A DNA stretch of 64,000 bases from Eledone cirrhosa (lineage: Eukaryota), in assembly GCA_964016885.1 (NCBI GenBank), contig OZ024743.1, forward strand, positions 363,878,001-363,942,000, read 5' to 3'. The notes below the pieces were generated by a model. The model saw only the letters and a list, made by a program, of their open reading frames with translations. It did not search any database and had not been told where the DNA came from. The translations under genes and the position numbers were made by a program. Shown one piece after another: positions 39,197-54,564 of this stretch; position 1 is the stretch's first letter, and each line of letters starts with the position of its first letter.

Positions 39197-41170
39197 ATTT
39201 GGCCAAAGTCCCACAACCACTAGTAGCTCCTTTTGAACGCCAAACCAAGAACTGGTACACTAATTTGATCTTTAGGGGTGAGAAGGAGCAAATTAAGACT
39301 GATACAATACACTACCAGAAAGGCATCTTTCAGGGTGATAGCTTATCAGTGCTGCTCTTCGTCCTCTCACTAAATCCACTATCATACATGCTCACAAAAC
39401 AAAGTGGTCATAGAAGTGGGTCCAGAAGTATCTACAATCTTTTCTTTGTTGATGACCTGAAGTTAAATGGACCAAATATCAACAATATTAAAAAACAATT
39501 GGACCTCATTACACAATTTTCTGCAAACATCAGAATGAAATTTGGTGATTCCAAAAGTGCATATTTGAGAGTAAAACGTGGAAGGGTTGTGCCCTCCTCT
39601 GGAAATCTAGAGATGAACGGCTTGACAATTCAACCTCTACAGTCAGGTGACAACTACAGATATCTTGGACAGGATGAGAATGTCAGATATGATGGACCCA
39701 TAAATAAGGAGAGAACCAGAACAAAATACCTCAGGAGAGTAAAGAAAATGTGGTCATCAGAACTATCAGTGTACAACAAATACATTGCCCATAATACTTA
39801 TGCCGTGCCAATCCTAACGCCAACATTTGGTCTACTGAACTGGCCATTGGAAGAACTAAGTGAGATGGATGTAAGAACTCGGAAGCTTCTAAGAGTTACT
39901 GGAAACTTTAACATCAATGGTGATGTGGATAGGCTATACTTCTCACGCAAGAAAGTGGCTGTGGTCTAAATTCCATATTAACATCATACGATGTTAATAG
40001 AAAAATAAAGTCAGCAACCATCTTGCCCAGGTTTATGAGCATGAAGAAAATAATTGTTTCTACTTTTGGCACAAGGCCAGCAATTACCAAGTACATTACT
40101 GGTACTTTATTTTATCGACCCCGTAAGGATTAAAGGCAAAGTCAACTTCGGCGGGATTTGAACTCAGACCGTAAAGGGACGTAACTACGCTGGAAAGCAT
40201 GGCGTTGAAGAAAATAATATCATTAGGATCACCACTGATCTGGAAGAGAGATATGGAATAAAGCCTGATATAAATCTCTCTCCCAGGGAAATTGGAAGAT
40301 CCTATTCAATCTTCGAACAAGATAGAAAAAATGGACCAATTTATAGAGAAAGTTATGCATTGGTACATGAGACGAAAAACACCGACCATAATCATTCAAA
40401 AAGCCTGACAGAGAGTTCCGACAAATTTATGACATCCCGCCTTGAAGGATATCTCTATGCAATACAGAACAAGAAATCTCTACTAAATATCTACTACACA
40501 AAAGAAGAGGGCCATCAGTCGACAATAAATATAGGCTTTGTAAGACAAAGATCGAAGATGTTAGCCACATTGTTGCCAATTGCGAAAGAATGTCGCCTCG
40601 CCACTACCTCCCCATGGGACACGATGTAATAACTAGAACCATCTGGAGCGCACTTAATCAAACAAAATTAAAAACAAGTGAGGAGGAATAAGTTGAGATA
40701 GATGGCACTAAAGAATACTGGTGGAACCTGAAATAAAAACTGCGACCAAATTAAAGCACAACCGGCCTGATATTATTGTTTAGGACCACACATTGAAAAC
40801 GTGCTCTGTTGTGGAGATCAGCTGCCCACTTGGTGTCAATGTTTTAAGAAAAATACAAGAGAAGGAGGACATTTAGGGGGGGATTGATGAGGAGTTTGCA
40901 GATCCAGTGTCCAAGATACACTTTCAGCTTCATACCCATCATTATTGGAGCTACAGGTTATATACCAACCCGCTTGGACCAAAGTATAACTGAACTTGGA
41001 TTTGTGGACAAAGAGCGCAGCTCCCTAATTCATAGACTACAAATGGCTGCGATAGCTGGCACCTTCAAAATTTGCATAACATTCTTGCGATTCAAGGGAT
41101 GACAATTTCTTTTCTTTTACAAGAAGGTGGCCGGTAAAAAATGTACTCGAAATTAAGAGAAAGAGAAAAA
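39197..41170 (+). mobile_element. Family A 5'-truncated, degenerate copy
   Basis: LAKVPQPL..GIFQGDSLS..FFVDDLK..YRYLG..TFLRFKG; (TACA)n on both sides; interrupted by a SINE. Confidence 0.9.
40055..40205 (-). mobile_element. tRNA-SINE insertion with 13-bp TSD
   Basis: TSD TGAAGAAAATAAT at 40042-40054 and 40206-40218. Confidence 0.9.
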
Positions 41171-41240
41171 CATACATACATACATACATACATACATACA
41201 TACATACATACATACATACATACATACATACATACATACA

Positions 41241-44022
41241 TGAAGAAGGTAGATGAGAGAAAAGTGATTAATAAAAAATTCAGACGAAACCAAACATCAG
41301 TCTATAGAGATATGAAGGGCAAAATAATATGTGTCACTGAGGCCCCATCCCAGAAAGACATAGATTCCTTTTGGAGCAAAATATGGGATGAAAAGAAGAA
41401 TTTCAACCAAGATGCAGTGTGGCTAAGAGAAATCCGAAAGAACTATTGCTCCTACACTACAACAAAAACATACGAAATAAGTGAGGGTACCCTTGAGACT
41501 GTTATAGGAAAACTCCAATATAAGAAAACACCAGGAAGAGACATGATTGTCGGCTACTGGTACAAAAAAACTGATATTCTATCGGAGGTATCTTACTGAC
41601 CTCTACCAACAAGTTCTTAAGGGAGATACACTTATACCAGAATGGTTGACATTAGCACAACATTACTGGTCTCCAAGAACAAAGACACCCACTTGGCAAA
41701 AAAACTACCGACCCATTGCATGCCAGAACCTGATGTATAAGATGTATACAGCCTGCCTGAACCTATTCCTCCAAGCTCACTGTGAAAATAATAACATCAT
41801 CACAGATGAACAAGCAGCTGGAAAGAAAGGGGTTTAGAGATGTGCTGAACAACTCCTAATCAGCAAAACTGCGATGTCGGAGGTGCGACAACTTAGGAGG
41901 AATATGGCTACAGTCTGGCTGGACTACAGGAAAGCTTTCGATTCTGTTCCCCACTCTTGGATGATAGAGGCCCTCCAACTTGCCAAAGTCCCAGACATTA
42001 TTGTCAGAGCCATAGAGAGGCTGTCTTATTCTTGGGCTACTATCCTAAGGTTAAAGACAGAGAGGGAGGACTCTATTTTCAATGATAAAATAAAATATTG
42101 CAGGGGTATATTTCAGGGGAACAGTCTCTCTGTGATATTATTCATATTCTCATTAAACCCTTTGTCCTTTCTGCTCAAGAAATGTGAGGGATATATCATT
42201 GGCTCACAGGAGGACAGAAATACGGACCTAACCCATAATTTCTTTGTGGACGATCTGAAACACTATGCCAAGAACATGGATGGGATGAAGAAAAATCTTG
42301 ACCTGTTTACAACGTTCTCAAGAGATATAGGAATGGAGTTTGGCCAAGATAAATGCTCATACATGACTGTAAAGCGGGGAAAAACAACAATGCAATCTAG
42401 CAACATTGTCATCAATGGCCTAACTGTTTCAACGATATCTGATGAGGACTGCTACAGATACCTGGGGATAGATGACAACATATCCTATAATGGTATCTGT
42501 AATAAGGAACGCGTAACCAGGGAATACTACACCCTATTAAGAAATATTTGGTCATCGGAAAACAAAACAGTGGCTCACAATGTGTTTGCTGTGCCTGTCC
42601 TAACACCAACGTTTGGAATACTCAATTGGACGATAGACGAAATCCGAGCAGTTGATGTTGGAATTCGAAAAATACTAAACAACACCGGAAACTTCCACAT
42701 CAACAGTGACATAGACCGCCTTTACTTGAAACGTAAGCAGGGAGGCAGAGGCCTAACATCAGTTCAGACATTTGAATGTCGCATCATATCTCTCCAACAA
42801 CATCTACAAACCTCGAAGCGTAGGAGCCCGTTTCTCGAGCAAGTCTATCTGCATGAAACAGATAAGATCATGAGAGTTGGGAAGGAACTTCTCGAGAGAT
42901 ATTCCCTGTGTGATAATCAAAAACTCACACCCAGGGATGTCGCTCAGCAGTATCGCAGTGAATCCATGGATGAAAAACTGCATGCTTATCAGCAAAAAAT
43001 CATGCATGGATATGTTGCCAGGAAGCTCCCGAGTGAGAGTAATATAGATAAGTAAAGTAGTCTATCTTGGACCAACAACCGCTATATTGGCTCCCAGTTT
43101 GAAGGATACGCTTTTGCAATTCAAGAACAGGAGATTAACAGGAAATACCTGATTCACAAAAGAGATAGGGATGCAGGCAAAACACCTAGATGTGATAACA
43201 AGTACAGACTCTGCAGACTTAACATCAATGTCACCCATGTCATAAGCAGCTGTCCAAAGATGTTATCGCGGTACTATCTACCTATGAGGTATGATGTAGT
43301 GGCCAAATCACTGTACAATGCAATCCGTAGAAAAGATAGCCCCGATAATAAACACATTAAAAGCTACAGCAATGTGGAAGACATCCATATACATAATGTG
43401 AAATAGTACTGGTGGAATGTTCCAGTAAAAACCCCCAATAAAATGCAGGCATAACAGACCAGATATTATGATATGGGACAGGGAGAAGAAAACATGCACA
43501 GTAGTGGAAATTAGTTACCCAGCAGATGCCAATATATTATCAAAGATTAGTGAAAAGTAGAATATTTATACAGAACTGATGAGAAATCTGCAGATACTCC
43601 ACTCTGATTACACCTTCAGATTTATGCCTGTGATTATTGGGACACAGGGGTATGTTAGTAACTGCCTCAATACAAATCTTGAGAAGCTAGGCTTCACTGG
43701 AACAGAAAGAACACAACTAGTTAAGAAATTACAAGTACAATCCATTAATGGAACAGTAAAAATATGTAAAACATTCTAAAAATGTTCCATCTAATAACTG
43801 CATATACACATGTACAGATGCAAAGCATATACACATGCACACATACAACTCAAAACATACACATACACACATACAATAACATCCATATCTACACATGCAT
43901 GCATACATACATATCTACCTAGTTGATGTTGTGTAAATTCCAATGAGAGAGTCTTGTGTCTATGTTAGAAACCGACTCTCTCTCTATTGGTAAAACTTTG
44001 TGAAATTATAAAACCAGAAGAA
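41241..44022 (+). mobile_element. Family B 5'-truncated copy
   Basis: Colinear with 15515-18274; ORF 41874-43055 carries the RT motifs; (TACA)n on both sides. Confidence 0.9.
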
Positions 44023-44057
44023 TATACATACATACATACATAAATACATACATACAT

Positions 44058-44206
44058 GGTGGCTGCCAACTCGTTTTCGAGTACGGCCACTACTTTATAT
44101 CCATGTAGGAGAACCCCTACCGATGCGCTGAACGAGTGTGACTTTTTAGTCCAGCCAGCGACTTGAAAACTCTGGTACAAACACTACACTTGTGACAATT
44201 ATTGAC
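44058..44206 (+). mobile_element. 150-bp non-coding unit (copy 2)
   Basis: Near-identical to 13945-14093, preceded by (TACA)n. Confidence 0.8.
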
Positions 44207-44210
44207 ACAT

Positions 44211-44665
44211 AGTGCTGAGCCCATGGTATCATGTGACGACAAGTGCAGAGAGATCTCCAGATATAAAGCAATGCCTGTACCGTGAAGCTTTTATAGTGAG
44301 CAAAGGCACTGCACAAAGCCAGTCCCACTCTCTTAACCAAGATGATATTTACCAAAAAGAAGAACAAGTCAACATCATTGGATACCACCAGGGTTGCAGG
44401 TGTTATATCAGAGTTTTCCTTCTCCTAGAATTCTGCTTTGACAAAGGCTAAGGAGTCATCTCTCCCGGTGATTTTGGATGGCCATTGACTCTTAAGAGCT
44501 CCTTTGCCCTTTTGACAGGTTTTGTTTTTAGTCCTGCAGGATGTCCAAAGTCACCCTCCTCACCAAGAAACCTTGGTGGGGTTGCCAGTTTAGTTACCAA
44601 CGACCCGACCATGAGACAGGTTGTTCTGGGATACATGTTACCAGTAGCACCAACTGGTGACCTGA
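44211..44665 (-). mobile_element. RTE 5'UTR fragment inserted in the TACA tract
   Basis: Homologous to 35330-35484; contains GGAGAAGGAAAACTCTGA, typical of RTE 5' regions. Confidence 0.7.
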
Positions 44666-44746
44666 CATACATACATACATACATACATACATACATACAT
44701 ACATACATACATACATACATACATACATACATACATACATACATAC

Positions 44747-47700
44747 AATGGCGACCGTTGTGGTCAGTGTCCGATAATCGGACGTGTGTAATTACGGCTT
44801 ACATGAAGGCAACATACCATATATTGGAAAAAGTTGAGCTACATTACGCGGTAAGATTACATACAATAATTCTACATAAGTGTTTGAACTGTAAGTGTGT
44901 TGTAAAACACCTATTTATATGAACGATACATGCACTTATGATATATGAACGATACATACACTTATGATATATGAACGATACATACACTTTAACATATAAA
45001 TGCAACGTTGTTATATTACATTTGTAAAGAAATATGCATGTAACGTTTTCGATTCAGAAACAAAATCATAAGTGTTTGAACTGTGAATATGTTATGAATA
45101 TGTTGTAGAACACCTATTTATATGAATGATACATAAACTTTAACATATAAATACAGCGTTGTTATATTATATTACATTCATAAAGAAATATACTAAGTAA
45201 CAGTTTTTGTTATTTCTTTTGTTTTGTTCTCGATTCAAACGATTCAAAAACAACGTTTAAAACACAGTTGTAGAATTAAAAACTAACTGAAACGAAATAT
45301 TACCCAAGCTGTGAATAACTTTAAATTTGATTCTGACAGAACTTTGTCGAAACTTTTAAAGAAGATGATCGACTATTTTTAAAAATAAATACAAAATATT
45401 AGTGAATAGACGAACTCATCATGGCAAAATGTATAAGTTGTATACAGTGAACTACGAGCTTAACAAAGAATTATATGAAGCATGCAAACAATCTGAACCC
45501 CAAAAGTTCTGTTTTATGCAAAGGCTAAAAACTTTATGGAACTCCAAACATTCAGAATTAGACTTTTCTCCAAAGCATTTAAATGAACAGGCAAAACGTA
45601 TCATTAGATGTAAATTGATACATCTAACGGAATTGAGTGATACTATAAATACAGCCCTTAGACAACCACTCCACTTCCACTCACAGACAAAGAGAATGGC
45701 CAGCTAAATCTACAGTGAACAGCTCACCAACAATTTTGCTGAAATCCATCCCACTTCCACTGAAGAACAGCGAGAATGGTCAGCTAACTCTAGTAGTAAT
45801 TGTCACCACATCAACAACGAGGCTGAAATTCATGACTCTACTGTACAAACAGAACACCAAGTGATATGGGATGATATGTTTCAAGAGATACACAGCCTTA
45901 ATGTGAGTGACAGACCATACAACACCAGAATCAGTAAAGAACCCACTAAATTGGAATTGGAAGCGGTGAACGAAATAGCTGACAACTATCTGAAGGCTAT
46001 ACGATCTATTGGTGTAGAAACGACATTTGAAATGCTTAACATTTTGTTATATGTTTCAGCTGTCACATTGCTATCATATAAAAAAAACATCTAAAACCAC
46101 GCAATCAAGATACAAACAAAAAGCCTGGACCAGCGTGGATGCGAAATTTAAAAAGTAAATTTTTGTCCCTGAGACGAAGTATCTCACACATCGCAATCAT
46201 TATTAAATGCAACATAGAGAGCAACTTCACACGACACCAAGAAGACCTAAAAAAAAAATTAGAGAGACGATTTGGAGATACAAAATTTAAAACTTTAAAC
46301 TCCAAATTATACCAGTTGAAACAACAACTCACAGCTACAACAGAAAAAACTAAAATATAAGTCAACAGCACATAAACGACAAGTGCTAAATAGATTGTTT
46401 GCCAGAGATCCTAAATCAGTTTATCGCAGCTTCGGTGGCAAAAGCTCAATCTCTGTAAATGACACCCCTTCAAAAGAACAGGTTGAGAGCTACTGGAGAT
46501 CTGTATGGGAAACGGATGACGGATTCAATAGACAAACTAAATGGCTAAAAGAACTGGAACAGGACTACTGCCAACATGTCCAGACAAAACAATATGACAT
46601 AGATGGGTCAATACTGGAAACAGCTCTACAGAAAATGTCGAATAGGAAATCACCAGGCCCAGACTTTATCACAGGATACTGGTTGAAGAATTTTACTTTC
46701 TATCGGCAAGATCTCATACGGCTGTTTACAGAAATCATTAAAGGCACACAAGAACTGTATACATGATGTTTTGACAGGCTATTGGGCGGTAATTTTTAGC
46801 CAAACCACCCTTGCTAAAAATTACCGCCCAATAGCCTGTCAAAACATCATTATAAATTATATACTGGGTGCCTTAACCTGTTCTTACAGGATCACTGTGC
46901 TACCAACAACATTATAACACCTGAGCAAGCTGGTGGAAAGAGGGAGGTGTGGGGTTGCATAGATCACCTACTAACTAATAAAATGATTCAAGAAAAAACA
47001 ACAAAGAATCGCAGAAACATGACTGTGGTGTGGCTGGACTATCAAAAAGCATTTGATAGTGTACCTCATGAGTGGATTGTTAAGGCTTTACAGTTAGCCA
47101 AAGTCCCACAACCACTGGTAGCTGCTGTTGAACGTCTAACCAAGAACTGGTATACCAATTTGATCCTTAGAGGTGAAAAGGAGCAAGTTAAGACTGATAA
47201 GATACATTACCAGAAAGGCATCTTTCAGGGTGATAGCTTGTCAGTGCTACTCTTCGTTCTCTCACTAAATCCACTATCTTACCTACTCAGGAAACAAGGT
47301 GGACAAAGAAGTGGGTCCAGAAGTATCTCCCATCTTTTCTTTGTTGATGACCTGAAGTTGTATGGGCCAAATATCAAGAAACAATTGGACCTCATTACAC
47401 AATTTTCAACAGACATCAAAATGAAATTTGGTGAGTCCAAGTGTGCATATTTGGCAGTAAAACGTGGAAGAGCTGTGCCCTCCTCTAGAAATCTAGAGAT
47501 GAACGGCCTGACAATACAACCTCTACAGTCAGGTGAAAACTACAGATATCTTGGACAGGATGGGAATGTCAGATATGATGGACCCATAAATAAGGAGAGA
47601 ACCAGAACTGAATACCTCAGAAGAGTAAAAGAAATATGGTCATCAGAACTGTCAACGTACAACATATACATTGCCCACAATACTTATGCTGTGCCAATTC

Positions 47701-48945
47701 TAACGCCAACATTTGGCCTGCTGAACTGGTCATTGCAAGAACTAAGTGAGATGGATGTTAGAACTCGCAAACTTCTCAGTGTTACTGGGAACTTTAACAT
47801 CAATGGTGATGGGGATAGGCTATACTTCTCACGCAAGGAAGGTGGCCGGGGTCTAAAATCCATATTAACATCATGTGAGACCCGGATAGTAACACCGAAG
47901 CAACATCTTCAACAGAGGAAAAAGGTTGGCAACCATCTTGCCCAGGTTTATGAGCATGAAGAAAAAAATATCATTAGGATAGCCACTGGTCTGGAGGAGA
48001 GATATGGAATAAAGCCTGATATAAATCTCTCACCCAGAGAAATCGGAAGATCCTATTCAATGTTCAAACAAGATGAAAAAATTGACCAAATTTACAGAAA
48101 AAGTTGTGCATGGATACTTAAGACGTAAAACACAGACCATAGAGGGGATAAACCATTCAAAAAGCCTGGCATGGAGTTCCGACAAGTTTATGACATCACA
48201 CCTTGAGGGATATCTCTATGCAATACAGGAACAAGAACTCCCTACCAAATATCTGCTGCACAAAAGGGGAGGGCTATCAGCTGACAATAAATGTAGGCTA
48301 TGTATAACAAAGATCGAAGATGTAAGCCACATTGTTGCCAGCTGCGAAAGAATGTCATCTCGCTATTACCTCCCCATGAGACACGATGGGATAGCTAGAA
48401 CCATCTGGAACCCACTTCGGAAAACAAAATTAACAACAAACGAGGAAGAATATATTGAGACAGATGGCACTAAGGAATACTGGTGGAACCTGAAAATAAA
48501 AACGGCCACCAAATTAAAGCAAAACCGTTCAGATATTGTTGTTTGGGACTAACATTGAAAAGGTGTTCTGTTGTGGAGATCAGCTGCCCACTTGATGTAA
48601 ACGTTGTCAGAAAAATACAGGAGAAGGAGGACATCTACCAACCATTGATGAGGAGTTTACAAATCCAGTATCCAAGATACACCTTTAGCTTCATACCCAT
48701 CATTATTGGTGCTACGGGTTATATACCAACCCGCTTGGACCAAAGTATGACAACTTGGATTTGCGTACAAAAAGCGCAGCTCCCTAATTCATAGTCTACA
48801 AATGACTGCGATAGCTGGGACCTTCAAATTTTGCAAAACATTCTTGCGATTCAAGGTATGACAATTTCTTTTCATTTACAACCTTGCCACCAGGAAGGTG
48901 GCCGGTCAATAAGAAATATACTCGAAATTAAGAGAAAGAGATAAG
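44747..48945 (+). mobile_element. R4/Dong-like family A, apparently full-length, frameshifted
   Basis: ~650-bp 5'UTR with internal tandem repeats; ORF pieces 45402-48860 (ELNKELYEAC...FMQRLKTLWNSKH, RT, CRLC..HIVASC, RHD, VEISCP); (TACA)n on both sides. Confidence 0.9.
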
Positions 48946-49113
48946 ATACATACATACATACATACATACATACATACATACATACATACATACATACATA
49001 CATACATACATACGTACGTACATACATACATACATACATACATACATACATACATACATACGTACATACGTACATACATACATACATACATACATACATA
49101 CATACATACATAC

Positions 49114-49298
49114 AATGGACCCTGAGCAAGATGGTTCGATAACATCCAGGATCTCGGCTTGTCTCCTTTGGGGATCCAGCATGATCAACTAGAGTCAACT
49201 GCTTCTTTCAGGACCCGCTAGAATGACTCTGACCCCACGACCCTTCCAGGAATATGTTGGTAAAGAAGAAGAAGAAGAAGAAGAAGAAGAAGAAGAAG
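49114..49298 (+). mobile_element. Short RTE-like 3' end with (GAA)n tail
   Basis: ARWFDNIQDLGL... then PRPFQEYVGK followed by (GAA)n. Confidence 0.5.
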
Positions 49299-49304
49299 AT
49301 TGTA

Positions 49305-51870
49305 ACAGACCACCACACCATCACTACCACCACACCACCACACCCACCAATACATCGACAAACATCCCTACCACCACACCATCACACCCACCAATACAGC
49401 CACCACCATCACTACCACCACACCATCACACCTACCAATACAGCCACCACCATCACTACCACCACACCACCACACCCACCAATACAGCCACCACCATCAC
49501 TACCACCACACCACCACTACTACCACCAATACAGCCACCACCATCACTACCACCACACCACCACACCCACCAATACAGCCACCACCATCACTACCACCAC
49601 ACCACAACACCCACCAATACAGCCACCACCATCACTACCACCACACCACCACACCCACCAATACATCGACAAACATCCCTACCACCACACCATCACACCC
49701 ACCAATACAGCCACCACCATCACTACCACCACACCATCACACCCACCAATACAGCCACCACCATCACTACCACCACACCATCACACCCACCAATACAGCC
49801 ACCACCATCACTACCACCACACCACAACACCCACCAATACAGCCACCACCATCACTACCACCACACCACCACACCCACCAATACATCGACAAACATCCCT
49901 ACCACCACACCATCACACCCACCAATACAGCCACCACCATCACTACCACCACACCATCACACCCACCAATACAGCCACCACCATCACTACCACCACACCA
50001 TCACACCCACCAATACAGCCACCACCATCACTACCACCACACCACAACACCCACCAATACAGCCACCACCATCACTACCACCACACCACCACACCCACCA
50101 ATACATCGACAAACATCCCTACCACCACACCATCACACCCACCAATACAGCCACCACCATCACTACCACCACACCACCACACCCACCAATACAGCCACCA
50201 CCATCACTACCACCACACCATCACACCCACCAATACAGCCACCACCATCACTACCACCACACCACAACACCCACCAATACAGCCACCACCATCACTACCA
50301 CCACACCACCACACCCACCAATACAGCCACCACCATCACTACCACCACACCATCACACCCACCAATACAGCCACCACCATCACTACCACCACACCACCAC
50401 ACCCACCAATACAGCCACCACCATCACTACCACCACACCACCACACCCACCAATACAGCCACCACCATCACTACCACCACACCACCACACCCACCAATAC
50501 AGCCACCACCATCACTACCACCACACCACAACACCCACCAATACAGCCACCACCATCACTACCACCACACCGCAACACCCACCAATACAGCCACCACCAT
50601 CACTACCACCACACCACCACACCCACCAATACAGCCACCACCATCACTACCACCACACCACAACACCCACCAATACAGCCACCACCATCACTACCACCAC
50701 ACCACCACTACTACCACCAATACAGCCACCACCATCACTACCACCACACCACCACACCCACCAATACAGCCACCACCATCACTACCACCACACCACAACA
50801 CCCACCAATACAGCCACCACCATCACTACCACCACACCACAACACCCACCAATACAGCCACCACCATCACTACCACCACACCACAACACCCACCAATACA
50901 GCCACCACCATCACTACCACCACACCACAACACCCACCAATACAGCCACCACCATCACTACCACCACACCACCACACCCACCAATACAGCCACCACCATC
51001 ACTACCACCACACCACAACACCCACCAATACAGCCACCACCATCACTACCACCACACCACAACACCCACCAATACAGCCACCACCATCACTACCACCACA
51101 CCACCACACCCACCAATACAGCCACCACCATCACTACCACCACACCACAACACCCACCAATACAGCCACCACCATCACTACCACCACACCACAACACCCA
51201 CCAATACAGCCACCACCATCACTACCACCACACCACCACACCCACCAATACAGCCACCACCATCACTACCACCACACCACCACACCCACCAATACAGCCA
51301 CCACCATCACTACCACCACACCACCACTACTACCACCAATACAGCCACCACCATCACTACCACCACACCACAACACCCACCAATACAGCCACCACCATCA
51401 CTACCACCACACCACAACACCCACCAATACAGCCACCACCATCACTACCACCACACCACCACACCCACCAATACAGCCACCACCATCACTACCACCACAC
51501 CACAACACCCACCAATACAGCCACCACCATCACTACCACAACACCACCACTACTACCACCAATACAGCCACCACCATCACTACCACCACACCACCACTAC
51601 TACCACCAATACAGCCACCACCATCACTACCACCACACCACCACTACTACCACCAATACAGCCACCACCATCACTACCACCACACCATCATTACTACCAC
51701 CAATACAGCCACCACCATCACTACCACCACACCACCACACCCACCAATACAGCCACCACCATCACTACCACCACACCACCACACCCACCAATACAGCCAC
51801 CACCATCACTACCACCACACCACCACACCCACCAATACAGCCACCACCATCACTACCACCACACCACAAC
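49305..51870. repeat. 44-bp C/A-rich tandem repeat, roughly 58 units
   Basis: Unit AGCCACCACCATCACTACCACCACACCACCACACCCACCAATAC (e.g. 50281, 50325). Confidence 0.95.
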
Positions 51871-52788
51871 ACCCACCACTACCACCACCACTACACCACC
51901 ACACCATCACTACCACCACCACTACACCACTACCACCAACACTACACCACCACACCACCACTACACCACTACCACCACCACCACTACACCACCACACCAC
52001 CACTACACCACCACTACACCACTACCACCAACACTACCACCACCACTACACCACTACCACCAACACTACACCACCACACCACCACTACACCACTACCACC
52101 ACCACTACACCACCACACCATCACTACCACCACCACTACACCACTACCACCAACACTACACCACCACACCACCACTACACCACTACCACCACCACTACAC
52201 CACCACACCACCACTACACTACCACTACACCACTACCACCAACACTACCACCACCACTACACCACTACCACCAACACTACACCACCACTACACCACTACC
52301 ACCACCACTACACCACCACACCACCACTACACCACCACTACACCACTACCACCAACACTACCACCACCACTACACCACTACCACCAACACTACACCACCA
52401 CACCACCACTACACCACTACCACCACCACTACACCACCACACCACCACTACACCACCACTACACCACTACCACCACCACTACACCACCACACCACCACTA
52501 CACCACCACTACACCACTACCACCAACACTACCACCACCACTACACCACTACCACCAACACTACACCACCACACCACCACTACACCACTACCACCACCAC
52601 TACACCACCACACCACCACCACACCACCACTACACCACTACCACCACCACTACACCACCACACCACCACTACACCACCACTACACCACTACCACCACCAC
52701 TACACCACCACACCACCACTACACCACCACTACACCACTACCACCACCACTACACCACCACACCACCACTACACCACCACACCACCTA
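51871..52788. repeat. Lower-order CAC/CTACAC repeat continuing the satellite
   Basis: Mosaic of CACCAC, CACTAC and CTACAC motifs with no G on the plus strand. Confidence 0.9.
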
Positions 52789-52899
52789 CAACGTCACTGC
52801 TAATCAGATGTCTGCTCACTGAGGGACATTGGGACTAAATAACAACGCCACAATAGTTTTGGCGTCACTCTTTCTGTCTGTATATGTATGCCTGTGTGT

Positions 52900-52992
<93 letters not shown>

Positions 52993-53020
52993 TTAAAATG
53001 TATACATAAATATATATATA

Positions 53021-53063
<43 letters not shown>

Positions 53064-53196
53064 AATATATATATATGTGTGTGTGTGTTGTGTGTGTGTG
53101 TGTTTGTGTACGTGTGTGTGTATGTGTTTATGTACGTGTGTACGTGCACACACACACACAACACACACACACACGTACACACGTACATAAACACAT

Positions 53197-53267
<71 letters not shown>

Positions 53268-53285
53268 GTGTGTGTGTGTGTGTTT

Positions 53286-53325
<40 letters not shown>

Positions 53326-53663
53326 TTATGTAGGTGTGTACGTGTGTGTGTAACAGGCGCTTTGATATCAATTTTATTAGAGAATACAAAGTTTCTTTCG
53401 ACACCGCCTTCCTTTTCGTGTCTGCTAGCCTTCAATTGTCTGAGAACCCAGGAAGTGGCTGGGTCCAGGTACGGTATACCCCTGCACTACTACCCTCATA
53501 TAGAATGTCTATATGTGTGTATAATATTTATAAGCTTGTGTGTACAGATATCTAAGTATGTGTGTGTGCGTGTGTGTGTGTGTATGCCTGAGTGAGTGTG
53601 AGACTGTGAGGGGGAGAGAAAGTTGCGTGTCAGTTGAGATCTAGTTTAATAAATTCATATAAA

Positions 53664-53710
<47 letters not shown>

Positions 53711-53833
53711 TGTCTATGAGTGTGTGTGTGTGTCAGTGGGGAGGTACGTGTGTGACTCTATGTGTGTTTGTGTGTGTGTGTGTGTATGTTTGTATGTGTG
53801 TGTGTGAGAGAGAGAGTGTGTGTGAGTGTCTGT

Positions 53834-53874
<41 letters not shown>

Positions 53875-54237
53875 TGTGTGTGTGAAAACAGACAAAAGAA
53901 GAAAAGAACAGTGAACAGCATAGGTTTATTTAGTGTAGCATGAAGCCAATTGTACAAGCTCTCACAGATACCAAACATAGCAATGCGCCAGTTGTCTTGC
54001 CACATGCAGACCAACATAACATCGCGCCAGTCGTCTTTGGCTCACACAGGCAGACGACAGTTGCTTTTGCTGAAGTGAGCTGGCGAGACCTTGCTCCGAA
54101 ACCGTGTAGAAATTACCAGCAAAGGAAAGGAAGCGTGGGCGCCATGCAGCATACTGAATTGTCTCGCAGAATTTTACTAAAACTAAATCTATAGGGGACT
54201 AGATGACTAGTTGCCATGTTAAAACTACAGTGGTAAA

Positions 54238-54290
<53 letters not shown>

Positions 54291-54325
54291 CATATATATA
54301 TGTGTGTGTGTGTACGTGTGTATGC

Positions 54326-54366
<41 letters not shown>

Positions 54367-54564
54367 CACATACCGCGTGCTTATAAATGTTTATAAGTGC
54401 GTGTACCGGAGAGAGAGGTGGAGTGGAAAGTAAATGTATTGATAGATCGACAAATAGATAAACACATAGATAGATATATTTCGATAGGCATATATAAACA
54501 GACATAGACAGAAAAATATAGATAGACACAGGCATATTGATATAGACGTATATATATGTAAGTG

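Noticed and set aside
49223-52838. Two ~1200-aa His/Thr/Pro ORFs resembling extensin or mucin
   Set aside because: The 44-bp unit lacks stops in every plus frame and the same peptide appears in different frames; satellite artefact
53930-54200. Possible host exon (84-aa ORF)
   Set aside because: No recognisable domain or convincing splice-site pair
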